DNA of 64,000 bases from Candidatus Shapirobacteria bacterium (GTDB lineage: Bacteria; Patescibacteriota; Microgenomatia; UBA12405). Below are positions 27,139 through 34,683 of this stretch, piece after piece (position 1 is the stretch's first letter; each line of letters begins with the position of its first letter). Under the pieces are notes generated by a model. It did no database searches. It had not been told where the DNA came from and was given only the letters and a program-made list of their open reading frames with translations. Location of the stretch: positions 355,324 through 419,323 of the forward strand of contig JACPHO010000001.1 of assembly GCA_016188545.1 (NCBI GenBank). The letters run 5' to 3'. Both the position numbers and the translations under genes were made by a program.

Positions 27139-27441
27139 TCAGGCACGCCTGGAATTACGAATTACCGCTATGATCAAAAATCCCCCAAGCAAAATCAACC
27201 CCAGTGATACAAGGAAAATCCCTTCAAACCCCCAGGTAATTTCCCATAACATTCGTTCAATTGAGACCTTGGTTATTGGAAAAAACTGCCAAATTAGCCA
27301 AATTTTTTCGCGACAATTTATCGCCGCGTTGCCATTGGGGCAATTTGGCCACAACCCCATTGAGGTTACCCACAACAGGGAACCGGCAACCATCGAGTAA
27401 AGCCCCGCTAAAATTCCAAAAAAACTTACAAATCTTTTCAT
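27139..27441 (-). CDS. small hypothetical membrane protein
   Basis: The likely start is the ATG at 27441 (MKRFVSFFGILAG), preceded by AAGGAG. It ends in the triple stop TGATGATGA. Confidence 0.4.
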   Translation of the reverse strand: MKRFVSFFGILAGLYSMVAGSLLWVTSMGLWPNCPNGNAAINCREKIWLIWQFFPITKVSIERMLWEITWGFEGIFLVSLGLILLGGFLIIAVIRNSRRA

Positions 27442-27585
27442 CTCACATTCTCCTTTTTGTATATTTTTAGACACACGGTCAATTCCCCTTTTGGGGTAAC
27501 TGACTAGTGTGTCTAAAACTTTTTCCTATCCAAATTTTTAAAGAACTAAACCTACTTCAACACGCAATGTATTGAGTTAGTTGCA

Positions 27586-27646
27586 AATGATTTCGTTCTT
27601 CAAATCAATGAAGAAGCTCATCAGTCCGCCTTGGGCGGAAATCATT
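27586..27646 (-). ncRNA. hammerhead ribozyme motif, type III (HHR-2)
   Basis: Minus-strand RNA: AAUGAU-U-UCCGCC[CAA]GGCGGA-CUGAUGA-G(C)UUCUUC[AUUGAUUU]GAAGAAC-GAAA-UCAUU. The core and stem III match HHR-1. Stems I and II differ but remain paired. Confidence 0.75.
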
Positions 27647-27666
27647 CACGGCATACAATCGCAGGT

Positions 27667-27686
27667 GGGGAGCCAGAAGGCTCCCC
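27667..27686 (-). other. perfect 8-bp GC hairpin between the stop codon and HHR-2 (module hairpin)
   Basis: GGGGAGCC-AGAA-GGCTCCCC, 23 nt 3' of the stop at 27709. Confidence 0.6.
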
Positions 27687-27708
27687 AAATCCTGGATTGC
27701 GCCGCGCT

Positions 27709-28200
27709 TTACGGAGTTTCGATAATGGAGTTGACACAGTATAGTGTTTCATCTTGATAGAAACGGCAGTCCGCCAATTTTTCAACCTTGTATCCTGTAA
27801 ATTCCGATATCCAACCGGATGTATTATCGTCTTGCGTTGCAACTTCCCGCATCCAAACTTCTTCTCCATACAGAAGATAAACAATATGAACTCCGTCTGG
27901 ACTCCAGAAGAATTCAGTCACAGAGGTGACTATTAGGACCAAACCACCTGGAATTGTAGGATTGACTTGCAACACCGAAACCCCTGTTTCAAGGTTTTTA
28001 AGTATAAATGCTTCCTGTCCTTTAGTCGAAAACTTACTTTCCCCATGTTGATAAATCAACTTTGGTGCTTCGGTGGCTACAGGCATTGCAGTAGGGCTGA
28101 TTGCTGGCCGATGATCGCCATTATTTATGGTCGATGCAAGTAATGCAACTGCGAGACCCAAAACAATGTGCCACCATTTTAAACCTAGTCGAGTTTTCAT
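27709..28200 (-). CDS. secreted hypothetical protein
   Basis: Signal peptide MKTRLGLKWWHIVLGLAVALLAS. No known domain. Confidence 0.45.
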   Translation of the reverse strand: MKTRLGLKWWHIVLGLAVALLASTINNGDHRPAISPTAMPVATEAPKLIYQHGESKFSTKGQEAFILKNLETGVSVLQVNPTIPGGLVLIVTSVTEFFWSPDGVHIVYLLYGEEVWMREVATQDDNTSGWISEFTGYKVEKLADCRFYQDETLYCVNSIIETP

Positions 28201-28279
28201 CTCTTCTCCTTAAATATAATTCCTCTGACAAAAAGCTGTCAGGCCAATTGAACTTCCCGAATCATTTGATTCGATCGTT

Positions 28280-28726
28280 TTAGCGCTCTGATTTTGCTTT
28301 TGGTGTGCAGGTTGGTATGGTTCTTCCAGCAGTTACAACACAAACCTGTGAAGAGGTATCGTAGGTCATTTGACCATAAGCTACCCACTTCGTCGAACCT
28401 GCTACGAACCAAGGTTCAGTCCAACAACTCCAGTCAAGTGTATTGCGATCATTCAATACTGCTATACACAATGATTGACTGTTGTGGTTCTGGTAAACAG
28501 CAGCTTGCATAATCTGCCTACCAGAAAAAGGAGACATCTGAGATGTTCCGTCAATATAGACCCCCTTCGGCTCTTCTGAAAATGGATTTTCGATGTGAAT
28601 ATTTTTTACTGTTTTAATTCCCCATGTTTTTATATCATCATCAAATCCGACCCCAACAGATACTGCAGCCAAAATCATACAAGCACAGACGCCGATCAAA
28701 ATTCCAATAACCAACAGTTTGTTCAT
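28280..28726 (-). CDS. secreted or membrane-anchored hypothetical protein (Cys-rich)
   Basis: N-terminal hydrophobic helix and several Cys residues. No known domain. Confidence 0.4.
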   Translation of the reverse strand: MNKLLVIGILIGVCACMILAAVSVGVGFDDDIKTWGIKTVKNIHIENPFSEEPKGVYIDGTSQMSPFSGRQIMQAAVYQNHNSQSLCIAVLNDRNTLDWSCWTEPWFVAGSTKWVAYGQMTYDTSSQVCVVTAGRTIPTCTPKAKSER

Positions 28727-28968
28727 CTCAACTCTCCTTTGAGTTTCAAATAGTCTTTGGATACACAGTTAACTTCCCCCTTTGGGTGAAATTAATCGGT
28801 GTACCCAAATCTTCTCTACTCCGTAATTTTTTAAAGTGCCAAGTAATCGGCATTACACAGCAATTGTGTAGTTTGATTACTTAGCAAATACTAGCAAAAA
28901 ATAACCCAAATGTCAATATTATGGGCTGTAATTTAAAGTAAAAATTCAAAAGTAAAAAGTAAAATAAC

Positions 28969-29319
28969 TTATGACTTAAGTTTATTTACAATAGAACTTA
29001 AAATTAGGCTTACTTCTTTGGTTTCTTGATATAAATTTGCTGATTTCACCCTTAGCTTTGGCTCAGCCTCAATTAGCATTATTATCCAATATAGGGTTTC
29101 TCGAGCTTCTTTTCTCGCAATACCAACTTTGTGTATAAAATCATTTTTACTTTCTGAATTATTGGCTTCACAATAATTTGCCCCAATACTAGTACCTGCA
29201 CGAATAAATTGACTGATCAGTGGCAAAGTAATCGTATTTTTGGGCACCAACTTTGCGAAACATATGACTTGCTTACCCAAACTTTCCAGTCTCTCAATAA
29301 GATCAAATTTTGTTGCCAC
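28969..29319 (-). CDS. four-helix-bundle protein (23S rRNA intervening-sequence protein family)
   Basis: The pattern IGANYCEA...KEARETLYWI is characteristic of this family. Confidence 0.65.
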   Translation of the reverse strand: MATKFDLIERLESLGKQVICFAKLVPKNTITLPLISQFIRAGTSIGANYCEANNSESKNDFIHKVGIARKEARETLYWIIMLIEAEPKLRVKSANLYQETKEVSLILSSIVNKLKS

Positions 29320-29370
29320 GTATTAATTCTAACAAGTTTAGTTTTTACTTTTTATTTTTTACTTTTGAAT

Positions 29371-30270
29371 TTATGCATTAAAGCTCCTCTCCATCCAATG
29401 TCGGTCTATCTCCACTGTCATTTCCAAAAATACTTTACGTCCAGACATTAGCTCCAATTCCTTTCTGGCGTTAAATCCGATTTCTTTTATTTTTTGCCCG
29501 TTCTTACCGATAATCATTTTCTTGTATCTATCTGCATTAGTGTTGATAACTGCCTTAATATAGATCAATTTTCCCTTATCTTTTACCTCTTTTACTTCAA
29601 CGTTAATGGTATAAGGCAGCTCTTCTCGTAAAAACAAATATGCCTTCTCCCTGATTATCTCTCCGATATACTCACGTGAACCCATTCCCATAAGTAGGCC
29701 TTTCTTTTCAGCCATCACACCCAGCTCGCTGTTTATTTCTTTCTCAGTTTTTTCGGGTAAAAAGTCAAAAATTAGGTTTAAAAGTCCCTTGACATTCTTT
29801 TCTTTTATAGCGCTAATACTGATGACCTTGTCAAATTCTTCCTCCAAGTAGTTATATTCAGCCAAGTGATCCTTGGTCCCAATAGCTTTATCTGTTTTGT
29901 TGTATACCAATATTTTTTTTGAAGGCATTTTACGAACTAATCCAATTACCTTATTCTCTTCTTCAGATTTCTCTCGGGAAATATCGACCAAGCAGACAAT
30001 TACATCCTTCCTGGCTGTTGACTTGGGCGCTTCCAAATTGATGTTCTTTGACATCAAGTCTTCTACTTGGTTAATGATTCCGGGTGTATCAGTAAAAACA
30101 ATCACTCCTTTCTCATTTCGGAACACCACTTGACTACTTTTTCGGGTTGTTTGCGGTAGGGGAGAAGTAATCGCTACCTTTTGGTTCATCAGCGCGTTTA
30201 GTAGAGTTGATTTACCGGTATTTGGTCGACCTACAATCGCGACACGACCAAACTTTAACTTATTTATCAT
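29371..30270 (-). CDS. era: GTPase Era
   Basis: The G1 motif GRPNTGKSTLLNAL and DTPG are present, with a C-terminal KH domain. Confidence 0.9.
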   Translation of the reverse strand: MINKLKFGRVAIVGRPNTGKSTLLNALMNQKVAITSPLPQTTRKSSQVVFRNEKGVIVFTDTPGIINQVEDLMSKNINLEAPKSTARKDVIVCLVDISREKSEEENKVIGLVRKMPSKKILVYNKTDKAIGTKDHLAEYNYLEEEFDKVISISAIKEKNVKGLLNLIFDFLPEKTEKEINSELGVMAEKKGLLMGMGSREYIGEIIREKAYLFLREELPYTINVEVKEVKDKGKLIYIKAVINTNADRYKKMIIGKNGQKIKEIGFNARKELELMSGRKVFLEMTVEIDRHWMERSFNA

Positions 30271-30377
30271 TATTGGTATTTTACACTAAATTTGTTTTAC
30301 TCATAAATCATAAATCATTCATCATAAATCATATTTCTCTCTTGACACCTAGCAGTTCAGTTGTTAGACTGCTAAAT

Positions 30378-32765
30378 ATGTCCGAAGAACAACCAATAAT
30401 TGATCAAACCAATCGAGAAACAGCCCTCGAGCCTGTCAAGAAAATTCTGCCTCTAATTCCACTTCGTAACATCGTTTTATTTCCATCGGTAGAAACCTCG
30501 CTTTTCTTTGGCCGCAAGGAGTCCATGAACTCACTGCTACACGCCTACGACAATACTAACAAGTTGGTAATTATCACCACCCAGCAAAATTCAAAAACCG
30601 AAAAGCCAACTCTAAATGATTTATATACAGTTGGTGTCCTAGCCAAAATCGAACACATTCTCCATACTGACGGTTCACTTCATGCCATTGTTAAGGGGAT
30701 TTCTCGGGTCAACATTATCAATATGGTTCAATCCGAACCTCATTTTCTTGTCGAATTTGTCGATCTTCCAGTTATTACCGAGTCCCTTACTGATATCCAG
30801 CAATCGGCTGAAGTCCTACTAGATCAACTCAAAAAGGCATTTGCTATGGGTCGTCAATTCGACCTCCCCGCCATGATGCAACTTAGCACTGGTGTCAGTA
30901 GTAGCGACCTAGCCGACCAGGTTTGTTTTTCGGTCAATGCCAAGCTACCCGAGAAACAACAGCTTTTAGAAACCCTCATGGTAAGTCAGCGCCTTCGTTC
31001 TGCCGCCGAACACCTGGTTAAAGAAATGAAAGTTGCCGAGCTTGAGCGATCAATTGAAGACAAAACCCAGGAAAAGTTCAATTCGAGTATGAAGCGAAAT
31101 GTGCTTGAAGAACGTAAGCATCAAATTGAAAAGGAGCTCAAAAAACTTGGGCATGAATCCGGCAGTGATACTGATGAATTAGCTAAGAAGATTAAGAAGC
31201 TAACCATGCCCAAAGAGATTAGGAAAAAGATCCTCAAAGAACTTCACCGTCTCGAAGAAATGGGTAGTATGTCTCCTGAGTCTAGCTACATTCGTACTTA
31301 TCTAGAAACTGTCGTTGAACTCCCTTGGGGAAAATACGGCAAATCAGTATTAAGCTTAAAAGAAGCCGAAAAGATTCTCGAACATGACCACTTTGGTCTA
31401 AAAGACGTTAAAGATCGTATTTTAGAGTACCTTTCTGTTTTGAAGCTCAAAGAATCCCAAAAAGACAAAAACCAAATCGCTACCGCCAACATCCTTTGTT
31501 TCATCGGCCCTCCGGGGGTAGGTAAGACTTCCCTTGGTAAATCCATTGCCAAAGCTCTCGGCCGTGAGTTCATTAGAGCCTCGCTCGGTGGTATTCGTGA
31601 TGAAGCAGAGATTCGTGGACATCGTCGAACTTATGTTGGAGCCATGCCAGGTCGTATCGTAAAGGGGTTAAAAGAAGCCAAATCAATGAACCCAGTCTTC
31701 ATGTTAGATGAGGTAGATAAAATCGGAGCCGACTACCGGGGTGACCCGTCTGCTGCCCTTCTCGAAACACTGGACCCAGAACAGAATCGTGAGTTTTCCG
31801 ATCATTACCTCGATTTTCCCCTCGATTTATCTAAAGTGTTTTTTATTTTAACCGGTAACGATCTTGGTTCAATTCCACATGCGCTTAGAGATCGTCTCGA
31901 AATCATCAGCTTCAGTGGTTACACTCTAGAGGAAAAGTTCAATATTGCCAAAAAATATTTATCTAAGAAACAATTGGAAGCCAATGGACTTACCGATAAA
32001 AGTATCGAAACCATTTCCGATGACACCTACCGCTATCTGATCGACAAATACACTCGTGAAGCTGGTGTTCGTAATTTAGAAAGAACGGTTTCAGCTCTAT
32101 ATCGTAAAGTTGCCAAGGAAATTGTTTCCAAAAAAAGTACCAAAGTAAATCTAAACGACCAAAAAGTAATCAAAAAATATCTTGGGCCGGAGCGGTTTAC
32201 TTCCCAGCTTAAAGGTAAAAAAGACGAAATCGGTGTCAGTACTGGTCTTGCCTGGACTAGTGTCGGTGGAGATATTCTCTTCATTGAAGTCAATATTATG
32301 CCAGGTAAGGGTTCTTTGATCCTTACAGGTAAGCTTGGTTCAGTCATGAAAGAATCCTGTCAGGCTGCTGTTTCCTTTGTTAGATCTATGGCTAAAGATT
32401 GGGGGATTAAGCAAGATTTCCATAAAGTTGACATTCATATCCACGTTCCGGAAGGGGCAACTCCTAAGGATGGCCCTAGTGCTGGTGGTGCAATTACCAC
32501 TGCCCTCATTTCAGCACTTAAAGAAGTCCCTATGCCCCGCGACATTGGTATGACCGGCGAAATCACTCTTCGGGGAAATATTTTAGAAATAGGTGGGCTT
32601 AAGGAAAAATCAATAGCGGCTCATCGAGCCGGGCTCAAGACTATCTTTATTCCAAAAGACAACGAGAAGTCTCTAGTGGAAATCCCCAAAGAAGTTAAAA
32701 AAGCCATAAAATTCATTCCAGTTGAGCACTACACCGAAATCTATCGTCGGATATTCAAAAAATAG
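30378..32765 (+). CDS. lon: ATP-dependent Lon protease
   Basis: An N-terminal LON domain is followed by the AAA+ Walker A GPPGVGKTS and the catalytic Ser in PKDGPSAG. Start moved to the ATG at 30378 (MSEEQP). Confidence 0.9.
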   Translation: MSEEQPIIDQTNRETALEPVKKILPLIPLRNIVLFPSVETSLFFGRKESMNSLLHAYDNTNKLVIITTQQNSKTEKPTLNDLYTVGVLAKIEHILHTDGSLHAIVKGISRVNIINMVQSEPHFLVEFVDLPVITESLTDIQQSAEVLLDQLKKAFAMGRQFDLPAMMQLSTGVSSSDLADQVCFSVNAKLPEKQQLLETLMVSQRLRSAAEHLVKEMKVAELERSIEDKTQEKFNSSMKRNVLEERKHQIEKELKKLGHESGSDTDELAKKIKKLTMPKEIRKKILKELHRLEEMGSMSPESSYIRTYLETVVELPWGKYGKSVLSLKEAEKILEHDHFGLKDVKDRILEYLSVLKLKESQKDKNQIATANILCFIGPPGVGKTSLGKSIAKALGREFIRASLGGIRDEAEIRGHRRTYVGAMPGRIVKGLKEAKSMNPVFMLDEVDKIGADYRGDPSAALLETLDPEQNREFSDHYLDFPLDLSKVFFILTGNDLGSIPHALRDRLEIISFSGYTLEEKFNIAKKYLSKKQLEANGLTDKSIETISDDTYRYLIDKYTREAGVRNLERTVSALYRKVAKEIVSKKSTKVNLNDQKVIKKYLGPERFTSQLKGKKDEIGVSTGLAWTSVGGDILFIEVNIMPGKGSLILTGKLGSVMKESCQAAVSFVRSMAKDWGIKQDFHKVDIHIHVPEGATPKDGPSAGGAITTALISALKEVPMPRDIGMTGEITLRGNILEIGGLKEKSIAAHRAGLKTIFIPKDNEKSLVEIPKEVKKAIKFIPVEHYTEIYRRIFKK

Positions 32766-32922
32766 AAAACTAAAATAATTGATATTGATCCTGGAACAAT
32801 TACCGAACCGAGTCTGCAAATCGATGGTAAAATTCTCGGTAATAAAAAAAGACACCTATCTAACGACTCGTTTCCACCACGTATCAGTTGATGAATTAAC
32901 CAATAGTGCCTAGGTTAGCTGT

Positions 32923-34671
32923 CTACTTAAGATATTCTGTTTTCCAGACTGAAAAATCGACCAAGTTAACCTGACCATCGTTGTTAAAGTCAGAAATTTT
33001 GGTAGTCACTTGCCCAAGATACTCAGCTTTCCACCTGGAAAAATCAACTAGATTGATTTTTCCATCACAGTTAGTGTCTCCCTTTATTTTTGGCAAAGAA
33101 CACCCTTCGGTTATCAAGGTGGGTTTGGTCGAAGGTAATGTACTACTACCTTTATTTTCATACGCTCCGATATCATAATTTCCCGACTGGGGGCGGGGCA
33201 CTCCATCAAAATCATCAGAGACCAAAGAACCTAAGTTATATCCAGAATTAATCAGCGGAGAATTACTTTTTAAACCGAAGTTATGGGCATTTACATCTAC
33301 AAAACTAAAATTTCCCTGACTAGCGTTATGATCAGCAATCAGACTTGTTGGTAGCCCCCGACAGGTCCCGTTGCTTGAGTTATAGAGACAAATACTGCCT
33401 CTGCTCCACATAGAAAAAACATTATTACGGATAATAGTGCCACTTCCAACTAGTGGATAAAGACGAATCCCTTCAACAAACCCATGAATTGTGTTGTTAT
33501 AAATTTGATTGCCATAAGAATGGCAATTTCTAGGATTGTAATAATATTTATAATCGGGATGTGCCGGATTGTTAGGAGGAACAATCGCCTGAGAACTACC
33601 CTCCGTCTCGTCACAAGGCCAGTCTTTTTTTACGTTATTATCGTATGACTTAATTTCAATACCACCCACAAATTTGCTAGGGGTATCTGTCGAGTAAATA
33701 ATGTTATTACGGATAATATTGTTGTCACCACCCTCAATATCAATCCCTTTTGACGTTCCAAAAATTTTGTTTTTCTCAATCACATTGTTATCAGATATAT
33801 CCCATTCGAACAAAATACCAGTACAGTTAGTTTTGCTCCCCAACTGACTCAATTTATTTCCTCTAACCACATTATTATTTCCCAGTAAGTTTATTAGCTG
33901 ACATCCATATGGAGTATCTACTCGATCAGTGACTTTGTAAATTTCATTGTTCTCAATTCTATTGTGATTACCGTTAAACTGCATACCCGACTCCCGATAA
34001 TATGTGTGTACCCGGTTGTCATGGACGTACCAATGGTCAGTGCTATGCTCAGTCATAGTGGACCAGTTGTCTTTGAAAGTAAAAATTCCATTTGAAACAT
34101 CGACAAAATCTATTCCAGATACTTCCCAGCTGTCACAATCACCTGCGATAATTCCCGAAGATTGTTCCGCTACCATTCCCTGCACTACAATTCCCTTTTT
34201 GCTATCGACACCATTTGACAACTTCCTTGTAGTTACATCAATGCCAATAATATGAATATAATCAGCTTTCGGAGTAGACCAAGACGGAGGATTGCGGGGA
34301 TTAATAATACAGCGAAAAATTTCACGATCGTTTCTGTCGGCAGTTAATATTTTTAAAATAACTTGCTCACCTGGAAAATTTGAAAATGTGATTGGTTTAG
34401 ATTGTGTCCCTGAGTTTTGGAATCTCCACCCATTGGAAATTCCCTCGTATTGACCACCGCGTACATAGACTGTATCACCGGCTACTATGCTTTTTGTCGC
34501 CTTTTCTATTGTTCTCCATGGAGCAGTTGTCGATCCACTGTTGACGTCACTTCCCGAATTGGAGACATAATAATTAGCTGAATATGAATATTTAGGCAAA
34601 GAAAATATCAATATTAGTAGATAACAAATTACATACTTCATATATTTTAATATACTCCTTTTCGCCGACAC
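32923..34671 (-). CDS. secreted right-handed parallel beta-helix (pectate-lyase-like) protein with C-terminal dockerin-like duplicated Ca-binding repeats
   Basis: A signal peptide is followed by many NN..I/G repeats typical of beta-helix proteins. The C-terminus carries two copies of D.N.DG..N..D (DTNCDGKINLVDF and DFNNDGQVNLVDF). Confidence 0.55.
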   Translation of the reverse strand: MSAKRSILKYMKYVICYLLILIFSLPKYSYSANYYVSNSGSDVNSGSTTAPWRTIEKATKSIVAGDTVYVRGGQYEGISNGWRFQNSGTQSKPITFSNFPGEQVILKILTADRNDREIFRCIINPRNPPSWSTPKADYIHIIGIDVTTRKLSNGVDSKKGIVVQGMVAEQSSGIIAGDCDSWEVSGIDFVDVSNGIFTFKDNWSTMTEHSTDHWYVHDNRVHTYYRESGMQFNGNHNRIENNEIYKVTDRVDTPYGCQLINLLGNNNVVRGNKLSQLGSKTNCTGILFEWDISDNNVIEKNKIFGTSKGIDIEGGDNNIIRNNIIYSTDTPSKFVGGIEIKSYDNNVKKDWPCDETEGSSQAIVPPNNPAHPDYKYYYNPRNCHSYGNQIYNNTIHGFVEGIRLYPLVGSGTIIRNNVFSMWSRGSICLYNSSNGTCRGLPTSLIADHNASQGNFSFVDVNAHNFGLKSNSPLINSGYNLGSLVSDDFDGVPRPQSGNYDIGAYENKGSSTLPSTKPTLITEGCSLPKIKGDTNCDGKINLVDFSRWKAEYLGQVTTKISDFNNDGQVNLVDFSVWKTEYLK

Positions 34672-34683
34672 ATGATATTTATA

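Noticed and set aside
27121-27145. CUGAUGA on the minus strand resembling a hammerhead core
   Set aside because: It is the triple stop TGATGATGA of gene 27139..27441. The downstream sequence lacks a stem II followed directly by GAAA (three extra U), and no stem I or III is present.
31150-31215. CUGAUGA followed by a UUAGCU/AGCUAA hairpin on the plus strand
   Set aside because: It lies inside the lon coding sequence. No GAAA follows the hairpin, so the match is by chance.
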